Of a DNA stretch of 64,000 bases, positions 1 to 9,099 are shown in pieces. The position numbers and the translations under genes are program-made. The stretch covers positions 1,743,327 through 1,807,326 of the forward strand of contig CBDHEF010000002.1 of NCBI GenBank assembly GCA_965261945.1, written 5' to 3'. The stretch's first letter is position 1; each line of letters opens with the position of its first letter. The notes under the pieces are model-generated. The model saw only the letters and a list, made by a program, of their open reading frames with translations. It was not told the origin of the DNA and ran no database searches. The stretch comes from Dehalococcoidia bacterium (lineage in GTDB: Bacteria > Chloroflexota > Dehalococcoidia > Lucifugimonadales > UBA3495).

Positions 1-383
1 GCCACCATCAGCGGCGCCTTGGATGCGACCACTGTGGTGGTCAGGGGGTCGTCGGCCATCCCAATAGCCAGCTTGGCGATGGTGTGGACGGTGGCGGGGG
101 CGACGATGATTATGTCGGCCTGCCGCGCCAGCTCAACGTGCTCTACGGCGTATTGGGAGTCGACATCAAAGGCGTCGGTTACCACCGGCCGGTGGGTGAG
201 GCTCCGGAAGGCCAGCGGGGTGACGAACTGGGCCGCCCCGTGGGTCATGATGGTGTCCACCAGCGCGCCCGCCTGCGTCAGCTTGCTGGCCAGGTCCAGG
301 GCCTTGTAGCAGGCGATGCTGCCGGTAACGCCCAATACCACGCGCTTGCCGTTTAACACGCCGCTACCCCCATGAACATACAT
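1..383 (-). CDS. coaBC: CoaBC (phosphopantothenoylcysteine decarboxylase/synthetase), N-terminal flavoprotein part; gene continues beyond window start
   Basis: Own minus-strand translation from ATG 383-381: MYVHGGSGVLNGKRVVLGVTGSIACYKALDLASKLTQAGALVDTIMTHGAAQFVTPLAFRSLT... This carries the GVTGSIA.YK flavoprotein motif. It is not in the ORF track because there is no stop inside the window. The ATG abuts the coaX stop at 384-386. Confidence 0.8.
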   Translation of the reverse strand, partial: MYVHGGSGVLNGKRVVLGVTGSIACYKALDLASKLTQAGALVDTIMTHGAAQFVTPLAFRSLTHRPVVTDAFDVDSQYAVEHVELARQADIIIVAPATVHTIAKLAIGMADDPLTTTVVASKAPLMV

Positions 384-1157
384 CTAGTCCGGGTTCTTGT
401 TCAGGTCGAAAATTTGCCGCAGGCCGACGAGGGTCAGGTTGGGGTTGATGTGGTCGAAGATTCCGGTCTCGCGGGAGATGATGTCGGCCAGTCCCCCCGT
501 GGCGACCACGGTGGCCGAGCCGCCAAGCTCGCCCCTGATTCGTCCCACCAGCCCCTTTACCAACTCGGCGTAGCCCAGCACCAGACCGGCCTGTAGAGCC
601 GCCGTCGTGTTCTGCCCGATAGCCGAGGGAGGCGGCGTCAGCTCGATCCGCCGCAACTGCGAGGTGTTGAGGAACAGGGCCTCGGCGGCCACGCTGATGC
701 CCGGAGCGATGGCGCCGCCAAGGTACACCCCCTCCGCCGATATGGCGTCGAACACCGTGGCGGTGCCGAAGTCCACGATTATTGTCGGAAAGCCGTACAG
801 CTCCTTGGCCGCCACGGCGTCGGCGATGCGGTCGGCTCCCACGTCGCGGGGGTTGTCGTAAGCAATCTGCAACCCGGTGCGCACGGCCCCGGTAACCGTC
901 AACGGCGATACCTCGAAATACCTGGAGGCCACTTCCTCGAATACCCCGGTCAGAGGCGGGACGACGCTGCACATGGAGACCTCGGTGATGTCTTCTCGCC
1001 GGATCCCGCGCAATTGAAGCAGGTTGGTCAGGAGCAGCCCATATTCATCAGGGGAGCGGCGTGAGTCCGTGGCGGCCCGCATGGTGCCAACCAGCCCGGA
1101 ACCGTCAAATACGCCGATGGTCACCATGGTGTTACCAATATCAAGGGCCAGGAGCAT
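384..1157 (-). CDS. coaX: type III pantothenate kinase
   Basis: Track ORF 384..1424 trimmed to ATG 1157: MLLALDIGNTMVTIGVF...VDFGTATVFD...VVATGGLA, the ASKHA/CoaX motifs. The upstream 89 codons only translate the repeat element. Confidence 0.85.
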   Translation of the reverse strand: MLLALDIGNTMVTIGVFDGSGLVGTMRAATDSRRSPDEYGLLLTNLLQLRGIRREDITEVSMCSVVPPLTGVFEEVASRYFEVSPLTVTGAVRTGLQIAYDNPRDVGADRIADAVAAKELYGFPTIIVDFGTATVFDAISAEGVYLGGAIAPGISVAAEALFLNTSQLRRIELTPPPSAIGQNTTAALQAGLVLGYAELVKGLVGRIRGELGGSATVVATGGLADIISRETGIFDHINPNLTLVGLRQIFDLNKNPD

Positions 1158-1302
1158 AGCATCATCCGTACATGGAATCTGGAGCGGCAAAGGAAGGGAA
1201 TCCGGCGCACGGCATTTCCAAACCTGCCGACAGGCGGGATTATATGCCACGGCGGGAAAGGGGGGCAACGCGGCGGCGGGTGTGCGGCATTGTCTTTGAT
1301 AG

Positions 1303-1470
1303 TTCCCCCTCCCTCCGGAGGGTAGGATGGGGGCGTCCCCGTTTGTGAGGGAGCATTGCTGTACGCTTACCTGCGGGACGAGCTGAGCAAGGGCGTCCCC
1401 GTTTGCGAGGGAGCATTGTGCCATCCATGGATTTCACCCTCACCCCAGCCTCCTCCCTGAAGGTAGAGAG
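1303..1470. repeat. composite MITE-like element: hairpin module H, two CRISPR-like R units with one 32-nt spacer, 18-nt C module, inverted hairpin H'
   Basis: H is TTCCCCCTCCCTCCGGAGGGTAGGATGG (1303-1330). R units are at 1331-1358 and 1391-1418. C is TGCCATCCATGGATTTCA (1419-1436). H' is CCCTCACCCCAGCCTCCTCCCTGAAGGTAGAGAG (1437-1470). The same modular order recurs at 38014, 40691 and 48470. Confidence 0.7.
1331..1418 (-). CRISPR. mini CRISPR-like array, 2 repeats and 1 spacer (type I-E-like repeat family)
   Basis: GGGCGTCCCCGTTTGTGAGGGAGCATTG (1331-1358) and GGGCGTCCCCGTTTGCGAGGGAGCATTG (1391-1418) are separated by a unique 32-nt spacer, CTGTACGCTTACCTGCGGGACGAGCTGAGCAA (1359-1390). The conserved ends match the 38068 array. 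Confidence 0.4.
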
Positions 1471-1602
1471 AACTGACGATAGACCCCAGCGAGATGCGGA
1501 TGGCTTCTTGCAAACCCTTTGCGCTGTGCTATAATCACCACGTACCCAGCCTGCCCGCGTCGGGAAGGCGCGATTCCTATTTCATTGAGAGAGCCGACTG
1601 CA

Positions 1603-1872
1603 ATGACCTACATCATCGCTGAGCCCTGCGTTGGCCTGAAAGATTCCGCCTGCGTCGATGTCTGCCCGGTGGACTGCATCTACACCCGCGACGAAGACGA
1701 TCAGTTCTACATCAGCCCAGACGAGTGCATTGACTGCGCCGCCTGCGAGCCGGTGTGCCCGGTCACCGCCATCTTCGCCGAGGATGCGGTCCCCGCCGAG
1801 TGGCAGGACTACATCGCCAAGAATTACGACTACTTCAAGAACACCGACCCCGCCGAGATGAAGCGCAAGTAG
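1603..1872 (+). CDS. ferredoxin, 2x[4Fe-4S]/7Fe type
   Basis: MTYIIAEPCVGLKDSACVDVCPVDCIY...CIDCAACEPVCPVTAIF shows the classic CxxCxxCxxxCP cluster motifs. Track ORF 1519.. trimmed to ATG 1603. Confidence 0.85.
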   Translation: MTYIIAEPCVGLKDSACVDVCPVDCIYTRDEDDQFYISPDECIDCAACEPVCPVTAIFAEDAVPAEWQDYIAKNYDYFKNTDPAEMKRK

Positions 1873-1918
1873 GGCCGTTTCAACGAAGATTCAACGAGGA
1901 ATAGTCCGGCAAGAGTCA

Positions 1919-1947
1919 GGGGCCTGTGTTTGCAGGCCCCCCTTTTC
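1919..1947 (+). terminator. rho-independent terminator-like hairpin after the ferredoxin gene
   Basis: GGGGCCTG (1919-1926), loop TGTTTG, CAGGCCCC (1933-1940), followed by CCTTTTCC. It lies between the convergent fdx and chdC genes. Confidence 0.5.
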
Positions 1948-1980
1948 CGTGTGCATTTTCCGAGAGGACGCCCCCCCACC

Positions 1981-2688
1981 CTAACCCAGGTCGTCGAGGC
2001 AGGCTTCCACGGTCTTGCTGATGCAGGAAAATATCGGCGTGTCCAGCAGCGTGTAGGGGCGGGCCTTCGACTCGCGGAGATCCATCACCAGGTCCAGGAA
2101 GTTGGACGGGTCATCGGTCTCGAAGCCCAGCACGAACTCCTGGTCGTCCAGCCCGAATGAGTAGGCCGTGCTGATTTTCACGTCGGGGTACTTGTGGCCG
2201 ATGACGAAATGCTCGTTCATCAGCTCCTGCCGCTCTTCCTTGGGGAGCTGATACCAGTCGTGGGTCTTGACGAAGGGGTAGACGAACAGGTATTTGCGGC
2301 CCACGATGCGCATGGTTGACGATGCCCCCTCCTGTCCCTCGTGGCGGTGATTGACCACGTAGGGCGAGCGGCGGGTCATCGCGAGGTAGGAGTAGGGCGT
2401 GGACAGGTAGGGAGCCAAAGCGGTGCGGTTAATCTGGGCCGACAGTTCGTTGATGGCCTCCAGCGTGGGGCTGACCATCCACAGCATCATATCGGCGTCG
2501 CCCCGCGTTCCCACCAGGCTGTAGCTGGAAACGTCCACCCGGTCGGCGAACTCGTCCAGCACCGCCGCGAATTCCCGCTTGCCCTGCCGTCGCTCGTTCT
2601 CGGCAATCCCCCGCCATTGGGAGTCCACCTTAAATAGCGAATACTTTACGAAGTCGCGCCGTGTCTGTTGTTCCTCGTGATGCGGCAT
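1981..2688 (-). CDS. chdC: coproheme decarboxylase / chlorite dismutase family (HemQ/ChdC)
   Basis: 235 aa. KYSLFKVD..., YLFVYPFVKTHDWYQLP and GLDDQEFVLGFETDD are typical HemQ signatures. Confidence 0.8.
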   Translation of the reverse strand: MPHHEEQQTRRDFVKYSLFKVDSQWRGIAENERRQGKREFAAVLDEFADRVDVSSYSLVGTRGDADMMLWMVSPTLEAINELSAQINRTALAPYLSTPYSYLAMTRRSPYVVNHRHEGQEGASSTMRIVGRKYLFVYPFVKTHDWYQLPKEERQELMNEHFVIGHKYPDVKISTAYSFGLDDQEFVLGFETDDPSNFLDLVMDLRESKARPYTLLDTPIFSCISKTVEACLDDLG

Positions 2689-2901
2689 ATTTCCCTACCT
2701 GCGCCACCGCGCCCATTTTCATTTCCGGGATTTGCCGCCATATTAGCAACCGCGCTGCGGGCTGGCAATCGCCGCCGTCCCGCGCCCGAAAGTTCTCGTG
2801 CTAAAATCTTAGTTGGCCGAACAATTGATTGATGCCGGATGAGCAGACGGACCAGCGTCAAGCGCCTGGGGGACTGCCGCCGGTGAAAAGAGGTAGAACA
2901 C

Positions 2902-3480
2902 TTGCTAGTCAGCGAGCGCAGCCGCATCAAGAACCATCCTGAACGGGCCATCCCCGAGGAAGCGGCGGAAATTCTCGGCAGTGGGCTGGTGGCCCACGTC
3001 GGATTCATTGAGGACGGCCTGCCTTATGTCATCCCCCTGTCGTACCACTACGACGCCCAGCAATCGGATAAGCTGTACCTGCACGGCTCCATCCGCAGCC
3101 GCGCGTTGGAGTTGCTGGCGACAGGAGCGCCGGTCTGCGTTACCGTGACGCTGACAGACGGCCTGGTTTATTCCCGCAAGGCAATGAATCACTCCATGAA
3201 CTACCGCAGTGTCGTTCTGTTCGGCACCGCCCGCGAAGTCACCGACCACGACCAGAAGTTCGCGCTCTTCGACCAAATGGTGCAGCGTTACTTCCCTGAC
3301 CGGCTGCTGGAGCGTGACTACAACCCGCCGCCCACCACCGACCTGGGCGTGACCGCCCTGGTGGAGGTGCAGATTGAGGACTGGAACGCCAAGGCCCGCC
3401 GCGGCGGGCCCACAGGGCCGGACGACGACAATCCCGAGGCGCCTGGTTCGGCCGGCTTTACGGAATTTCGAGAAGTCTAG
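2902..3480 (+). CDS. pyridoxamine 5'-phosphate oxidase family flavin-binding protein (Pyridox_ox_2/NimA-like)
   Basis: 192 aa. GLVAHVGFIEDGLPYVIPLSYHYD...LYLHGS...VVLFG split-barrel pattern. TTG start, so the start is uncertain. Confidence 0.65.
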   Translation: MLVSERSRIKNHPERAIPEEAAEILGSGLVAHVGFIEDGLPYVIPLSYHYDAQQSDKLYLHGSIRSRALELLATGAPVCVTVTLTDGLVYSRKAMNHSMNYRSVVLFGTAREVTDHDQKFALFDQMVQRYFPDRLLERDYNPPPTTDLGVTALVEVQIEDWNAKARRGGPTGPDDDNPEAPGSAGFTEFREV

Positions 3481-3555
3481 CGTCACTGACCCGCTCCGGC
3501 GAGTGGCAAGTTTAACGGGCAAGCAAAGTCAACGCAAAATTCTGGAGGCCACGAT

Positions 3556-4506
3556 ATGGTCACATTGGGCGAAGGCGAATATCGCTACGAGGTCGCCGAG
3601 GGGTGGGGCAACCTGCCCGACGGCTGGTCATTCAAGGAGTGCGCGGCGGTGGGCGCCGATTCCAACGACAACGTTTACGTGTTCAACCGCGGCGAGCATC
3701 CGATGATCGTGTTCGACGCGGATGGCAACTTTCTGCGCTCGTGGGGCGAGGGGCTGTACCCACGGGCCCACGGCATCACCATGAGTCCCGACGACACCAT
3801 CTTCTGCACCGACGACGGCGACCACACCGTCCGCAAGTGCAACCTGGACGGCTCGGCGCTGTTCACCCTGGGCATTCCGGGAACGCCTGCGCCCTTCATG
3901 AGCGGCGACCCGTTCAACCGCTGCACCCACGTCGCCATAGACCCCCAGACCGCCGAGTTCTACGTCTCGGACGGCTACGGCAACGCCCGCGTCCACAAGT
4001 ACACGCCCGACGGCAAGCTGCTGTTCTCCTGGGGCGAGTCCGGCACCGGCGAAGGGCAGTTCAACATCGCCCACAACGTCTGCACCGACAAGGACGGCTG
4101 GGTCTACGTGGCCGACCGCGAGAACCAGCGCATCCAGGTCTTCGACAAGAACGGCAAGTTCGAGACCCAGTGGAAGAACATGGCCCGCCCCTGCGGCCTG
4201 TACATCGACCCGGCCGGCGACCAGAAAGTTTATGTCGGCGAGCTTGGCGTCGCCATCGGCCCCAACTCCCAGGCCTACGGACTCGGCCCGCGCATCGGCA
4301 TCCACGACGTGAAGGGCAACGTGCTGGCGCGGCTGGGCGACGCGCCGGAAAGCGAGGAGCCGGGCCACTTCATCGCCCCTCACGGCGTTTGCATCAACTC
4401 CAAGGGCGACATCTTCGTGGGCGAAGTGTCTTGGACTCACACCGGCAGCCACCTCAACCCGCCCCGCGAAGTCCGCTCGCTGCAAAAACTGACGAAGCTG
4501 GGGTAA
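3556..4506 (+). CDS. NHL-repeat beta-propeller protein (peptidyl-alpha-hydroxyglycine lyase-like)
   Basis: 316 aa with repeated DGN.YV.D..N.R.QVF blades (VYVFNRGEHPMIVFD, FYVSDGYGNARVHKY, VYVADRENQRIQVFD, IFVGEV). Confidence 0.7.
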   Translation: MVTLGEGEYRYEVAEGWGNLPDGWSFKECAAVGADSNDNVYVFNRGEHPMIVFDADGNFLRSWGEGLYPRAHGITMSPDDTIFCTDDGDHTVRKCNLDGSALFTLGIPGTPAPFMSGDPFNRCTHVAIDPQTAEFYVSDGYGNARVHKYTPDGKLLFSWGESGTGEGQFNIAHNVCTDKDGWVYVADRENQRIQVFDKNGKFETQWKNMARPCGLYIDPAGDQKVYVGELGVAIGPNSQAYGLGPRIGIHDVKGNVLARLGDAPESEEPGHFIAPHGVCINSKGDIFVGEVSWTHTGSHLNPPREVRSLQKLTKLG

Positions 4507-4528
4507 CTGATTCACAGGGGAAATTAAA

Positions 4529-4927
4529 ATGGCAAGCATGGATGAATTTTTCGACTCCGCAGCCACGGAGGATTACCGGCAGCAGGCCCGCGAATTCCTC
4601 GCATATAGCCGAGAGTTCCTGGCTGCGGGAAATCTGCATCAGGCATCGGAAAAGGGATGGGGAGCGGCGGCGTGGATGACGAAGGCCGCGGCTACGGCGC
4701 AGGGCTGGGAATACAACAAGTATGACCAGTTCAGCGTGGTGCTGAACAAAGCCCGTCAGTTAACCGGGGACGACCGGATCAGATCCCTGCGATCCATCGC
4801 CAACGAACTGCACGGCAATTACTACAAACGCAAATTCCTCTTGAGCGCCGACTCCATCGAGCTGGACCTGGACTCGATGGCGGAGCTGCTGGACATCCTG
4901 GAACCACTTACCGAAACTTCCCGCTAG
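4529..4927 (+). CDS. PaREP1-family / HEPN-like helical protein
   Basis: 132 aa, helical. GNLHQASEKGWGAAAW...ANELHGNYYK resembles the PaREP1 W-G-A and LH.NFY motifs. Assigned from memory, not searched. Confidence 0.45.
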   Translation: MASMDEFFDSAATEDYRQQAREFLAYSREFLAAGNLHQASEKGWGAAAWMTKAAATAQGWEYNKYDQFSVVLNKARQLTGDDRIRSLRSIANELHGNYYKRKFLLSADSIELDLDSMAELLDILEPLTETSR

Positions 4928-4960
4928 GCGAAAAGCCTTCAGACTCTACCGAGGAAACGC

Positions 4961-5647
4961 ATGGAAATACGCATGGGCAGCCTGGTGCGCGACGCCCGGG
5001 AAGCCACGGGGACGGCCATCATCATCGACGTGTTCCGGGCGTTCACGACGGCGGCAATCGCTTTCGACCGGGGCGCGACGCAGATAACGCTGGTGGCCGA
5101 GGCAGAGGACGCGCTGGAATTGCACCGCAGCGGCGTCGGCGACCTGCTGCTGGGCGAGGTGGACGGAAAGCGCCCCGATGGGTTCGACTTCGGCAACTCG
5201 CCCCACGAGATTTCGCAGGCCGACGTTGCCGGCAAGAGCCTGGTGCAGTCCACCCGTGCCGGAACCGTCGGCGTGGCCGCAGCGGAAAACGCGGAAACCA
5301 TCTTCCTCGGCTCTTTCGTGGTGGCCCGGGCCACGGCCAACGCCGTCCGTGCCCAGCGCCCCGGCGTCGTATCCATCATCGCTATGGGTGACCAGGGCCG
5401 GGTGCGCTCCGACGAGGATGAGCACTGCGGAATCTACCTGCGCAACATCATCGAGGGCCGCAAGCCCGACTTCGCCGCCGTCAGATCACTGATTATGTCA
5501 GGCGGCGCAACCCAGAAGTTCTTTGACGATACGCAGCCACAGTACCACCCGGAGGACGTGGCCCTGGCGCTGGAGGCCGACCGCTACCCCTTCGCCATGC
5601 GCATCAGCCGCGAAGACGGCCTGCTGGTGGCGCGCAAGCACGAGTAG
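4961..5647 (+). CDS. comB: 2-phosphosulfolactate phosphatase
   Basis: AIIIDVFRAFTTAAIAF...GFDFGNSP...IIAMG shows the ComB family motifs. Confidence 0.8.
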   Translation: MEIRMGSLVRDAREATGTAIIIDVFRAFTTAAIAFDRGATQITLVAEAEDALELHRSGVGDLLLGEVDGKRPDGFDFGNSPHEISQADVAGKSLVQSTRAGTVGVAAAENAETIFLGSFVVARATANAVRAQRPGVVSIIAMGDQGRVRSDEDEHCGIYLRNIIEGRKPDFAAVRSLIMSGGATQKFFDDTQPQYHPEDVALALEADRYPFAMRISREDGLLVARKHE

Positions 5648-5672
5648 CAAGGAACCGCGCCCCAATTCCCGC

Positions 5673-6797
5673 TCAGACCTGGGCGAACCGTCCTGGCGCC
5701 AGGTGTTCCGCCCCGACCACGTCGGTCTCGCCCTGGGTTACCAAGTCGGCGGCCACCTGGCTCATGCCCACGCTCCAGAGGATGCCCTTGCGGCCCGCGC
5801 CCGTGACCAAGTAGAGATTATCCCATCCGGGCAGCCTCCCCACAACGGGGATGCCGTCGGGCGTCACCGGGCGGAGGCAGGCCGTGTGGTTCATCAACTG
5901 AGCCGACACAACGGAGGGGGCCATCAGGGCAAGACCGCCGAGAATGCTGTCGCGGCCCTTGGAGTTGGGCATATTGTCGAACCCCACATCCTCTTCGGTG
6001 GAGCCGGCCCAGATGAGTCCGTCCGGCTTTGAGTCCACGTAGTTGCCCCGGTAATTCAGAGCGACGTTGAAGGGCGAGCCGTCGTATCGCATCCTCAGGA
6101 TCTGCCCCTTCAGCGGCTTGATGGGAGCCGAAGCGCCGCACCACTCGGTTAGCAGGCCCGACCACGGCCCCATGGCAACCACCACGGCGCCGGCTTCGAT
6201 TCTTCCATCCTCCAGGGTCACGGCGATGGCGTGTCCGCCGCTGTACTCCATGCCTGTGGCCCGGTGCATGACCAGCTTTGTCCCGAACCGCTCGGCGGCG
6301 CGGATAGAGGCCAGGGTCAGTCGATAGGCATCAACGGAGGCCGCGCCCTTGTGGAAAAGCCCGCCGACGCACCTGGGGTTGACCTTGGGCTCCAGGCGAC
6401 GAACCGCGTAACCATCCAGCCAATGGACGTCGAACATGGGGACGTCCTTCATCCAGGCCACTTCGGCGTCGTACTGCTGGACGTCTACGTCATCGAAAGC
6501 CAGGTACAGCCGGTCGCGAGTGCGGAACCGAGGGTCGATTCCCGTCACGCCATTCAATTCCCGGGCGATGGACCAGTGGCGGCCAAAGCAGAACAGGCTG
6601 AAGTCCAGCAGAGGATCCGGCACTCCTATCCCGTTCAGCGGGTCGAGTCCGCCGAAGGCCATACCGGAGGCGTGGCTCCCCAGATTATCGGCCTCCAGCA
6701 TGGTCACGCTCAAACCCCGGCGGCACAGAAGGTAACTGGTCAAACTGCCGACGATGCCGGCGCCGATGACTACAACGTCCGTGGTGTGAGTGCTCAA
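5673..6797 (-). CDS. FAD-dependent oxidoreductase (DAO / glycine-sarcosine oxidase-like)
   Basis: N-terminal dinucleotide fold DVVVIGAGIVGSLTSYLLCRRGLSVTMLE. 374 aa with DAO-like length and pattern. Confidence 0.8.
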   Translation of the reverse strand: MSTHTTDVVVIGAGIVGSLTSYLLCRRGLSVTMLEADNLGSHASGMAFGGLDPLNGIGVPDPLLDFSLFCFGRHWSIARELNGVTGIDPRFRTRDRLYLAFDDVDVQQYDAEVAWMKDVPMFDVHWLDGYAVRRLEPKVNPRCVGGLFHKGAASVDAYRLTLASIRAAERFGTKLVMHRATGMEYSGGHAIAVTLEDGRIEAGAVVVAMGPWSGLLTEWCGASAPIKPLKGQILRMRYDGSPFNVALNYRGNYVDSKPDGLIWAGSTEEDVGFDNMPNSKGRDSILGGLALMAPSVVSAQLMNHTACLRPVTPDGIPVVGRLPGWDNLYLVTGAGRKGILWSVGMSQVAADLVTQGETDVVGAEHLAPGRFAQV

Positions 6798-6875
6798 CGC
6801 ATCACCCTCCCTATATTTCCAGGCGCCGGGGACTCCTTCTGCTCTTGCCGCAGGGAGAGAAGCCGCCCAGGGAAC

Positions 6876-7709
6876 CTACACTCCCCGGAACCAAGACTCG
6901 AACCGGTCAAGCAGACCGGGGTCGCCGGAGATGGCGAATTCGTTGGCGGCGATAGCCTCTCTCCCGGTAATCCGCCCGTAGATGAACAGGAGGAAGGCCG
7001 GAGCTTCGCCGCACACCGTCCAGCGTTCCGGGACATCATCGGCCGATGGCAAATCGAAACTGTCGCCAGACACGCGGACGATGATGGTGGTCTCGTGGGG
7101 CGGCGCGAGGTCGAACTCGTACACCACCGGCGTATCCAGCTTTTCGCTGGGTCGGAAGCACATCCCCAGCCACTTCGGGGCCATGCCCAGCAGGGAGTCT
7201 ATGCTGTCGGGATGCAGCGATGGCGCCGCTTCCAGCGCCTTGCGGACGTCCCAATCGTGGATGGCGAGTTCCTGAATCCGCAGTTCCACGTAGTCGGAGG
7301 CGGGCATTGCGCCCCGGCGCAGGTGCCAGCAAGGGGTAGCCCAATCGTTCGACCCAAAGCCGTCCAGCTCCTGGTGCAGTTGAGCGTAGCCCTCGTCGAA
7401 GGCGGTCAGCAGGCCGTCGCCCAGCCCCTCGCGGCGGCGGATGTCGCGCTGGGCGTTGGTGGCCGACATGGCGGAGCTTTCCAGGGGCCTGAAACCATCG
7501 GGCGGCCCCGCGTCGCCCGCCCTGCCCCGGCGCATACTGTCAATCTGCCGCTCGGCCCCGCCGATGAGGTGGCTCACCACGTCCTGCACCTGCCATTCGG
7601 AACAGGCGCTGGGCAGGGCCAACTGCTCCGGCGTGAACGACCCGGCGCGGGCGCTGATGCTGGATGTCAGGGTTTTCACCAGTTCTATTTGCGATTCAAC
7701 GCTCGTCAT
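6876..7709 (-). CDS. DinB/maleylpyruvate-isomerase-N family protein (TIGR03083-like)
   Basis: PSACSEWQVQDVVSHLIGG... shows the DinB-like four-helix His motif. The C-terminal region is SCP2-like. Confidence 0.6.
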   Translation of the reverse strand: MTSVESQIELVKTLTSSISARAGSFTPEQLALPSACSEWQVQDVVSHLIGGAERQIDSMRRGRAGDAGPPDGFRPLESSAMSATNAQRDIRRREGLGDGLLTAFDEGYAQLHQELDGFGSNDWATPCWHLRRGAMPASDYVELRIQELAIHDWDVRKALEAAPSLHPDSIDSLLGMAPKWLGMCFRPSEKLDTPVVYEFDLAPPHETTIIVRVSGDSFDLPSADDVPERWTVCGEAPAFLLFIYGRITGREAIAANEFAISGDPGLLDRFESWFRGV

Positions 7710-7843
7710 TATTTCATCTTCCTGTTGTCAAGAGTTCTCTCTCCCAGGGGAGGGGTCATGGTGAGGGCGTCAGCGTTATGTGGCGGCGGGAAGCTCATTC
7801 GTTGTAGAATCAGCGAAAAGCCGCCTTACAGGACTGTTTTACC

Positions 7844-9070
7844 ATGAAAATGTGCTTCTTCCACCTGATGCCCTACCAGGGACTGCCGGGCAACTTTGAA
7901 CAAGATTACCACAGCGTATGGGTAGATGTGCCAAATTCTCTCTTCGACCCGCGCCAGGGGCACCGGCTCTACGGCGACTATCTCGACGAGCTGGAGTTCG
8001 CCGAGAAAATGGGCTTCGACGGAATCTGCGTCAACGAGCACCACGCCAATGCCTACGGCCTGATGCCCTCGCCCAACATCATGGCCTCGGCAATGGCCCG
8101 CGGCACCTCCCATGCCGCCATCGTCGTGCTGGGCAACAGCCTGGCCCTCTACAACCCGCCCATCCGCGTTGCCGAAGAGTTCGCCATGCTGGACGTCCTC
8201 AGCGGCGGGCGGCTCATCGCAGGCTTCCCCCTGGGTACTGCAATGGACACCATCTTCGGCTACGGGCAGGTGCCCATCACGCTGCGGGAGAAGTACCAGG
8301 AAGCCCATGACCTGGTGGTCAAGGCCTGGACCGAGCGCGAGCCCTTTTCCTTCAACGGCAAGTACAACCAACAGCGTTACGTCAACATCTGGCCCCGGCC
8401 CTACCAGCAGCCGCGCCCGCCCATCTGGGTGCCCGGCAGCGGCAGCCTGGAAACCTGGGACTGGACCATCCGCAACGACTACGTATACTGCTATCTCTCC
8501 TACGGCGGCTACAAGGTGGGCAAGACGGTCCTTGACGGGTTCTGGGATGAGATGGAGCGGCAGGGAAAGGAGTTCAACCCCTACCACGCCGGGTTCCTGC
8601 AACTGGTGGCAGTGTCGGAGACCGACAGCCAGGCCGAGGAATACAAGGAGTCCATCGAATACTTCTTCAAGAAGTGCCTGCACATCCACTCCGGCTTCGG
8701 CAACCCGCCGGGCTACCGCTCGGTGCGCAGCAACAACTCCCAGGCCGCCAACTCCACCACCCAGTCGCGGGAGGACCAGCTCAAGGAGTTCACCTGGACC
8801 GACTACCTGGAGGCTGGCAACGTCATCGTCGGCGGGCCGGAGACCGTGCGGCAGCACCTGGCCCACGCCATCAAGGAGCTGCGAGTGGGCAACCTGATGC
8901 TGCTGCTCCAGTTCGGCGATATGCCAAAGGAACTGGCGATGAAGAACACCGAACTCTTCGCCCGAGAGGTGATGCCATACGTCCGCGACATCTGGTCGGA
9001 GTACGAGACCCGTTGGTGGCCCGAAGGCGTCTCCAACCCCAACGCCATCGCGCCGGTGGCGGCTGGGTAA
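7844..9070 (+). CDS. LLM-class (luciferase-like) flavin-dependent oxidoreductase
   Basis: GFDGICVNEHH...AEEFAMLDVLSGGRLIAGFPLG are the luciferase-like monooxygenase signatures. 408 aa. Confidence 0.85.
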   Translation: MKMCFFHLMPYQGLPGNFEQDYHSVWVDVPNSLFDPRQGHRLYGDYLDELEFAEKMGFDGICVNEHHANAYGLMPSPNIMASAMARGTSHAAIVVLGNSLALYNPPIRVAEEFAMLDVLSGGRLIAGFPLGTAMDTIFGYGQVPITLREKYQEAHDLVVKAWTEREPFSFNGKYNQQRYVNIWPRPYQQPRPPIWVPGSGSLETWDWTIRNDYVYCYLSYGGYKVGKTVLDGFWDEMERQGKEFNPYHAGFLQLVAVSETDSQAEEYKESIEYFFKKCLHIHSGFGNPPGYRSVRSNNSQAANSTTQSREDQLKEFTWTDYLEAGNVIVGGPETVRQHLAHAIKELRVGNLMLLLQFGDMPKELAMKNTELFAREVMPYVRDIWSEYETRWWPEGVSNPNAIAPVAAG

Positions 9071-9099
9071 TTCTCCTTCCTCGATAGGGCCCCGGAGCA

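Noticed and set aside
1158-1443. Upstream extension of coaX (to 1424) and ORF 1240..1443
   Set aside because: They merely translate the repeat and mini-array element (the repeated SLTNGDAP / CSLANGDA peptides come from the R units).
3603-4679. Long alternative-frame and antisense ORFs over the NHL gene (3603..4679 +, 3628..4566 -)
   Set aside because: Their translations are Arg/Gly/Pro/Ala-rich and low in complexity, which is typical of off-frame reading in high-GC DNA. They overlap a gene with clear NHL repeat motifs.
6231-8866. ORFs 6231..7847 (+, 538 aa) and 7826..8866 (-, 346 aa)
   Set aside because: They are antisense or off-frame to three well-supported genes (the FAD oxidoreductase, the DinB-like protein and the LLM oxidoreductase). 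Their composition is a GC artefact and no motifs are present.
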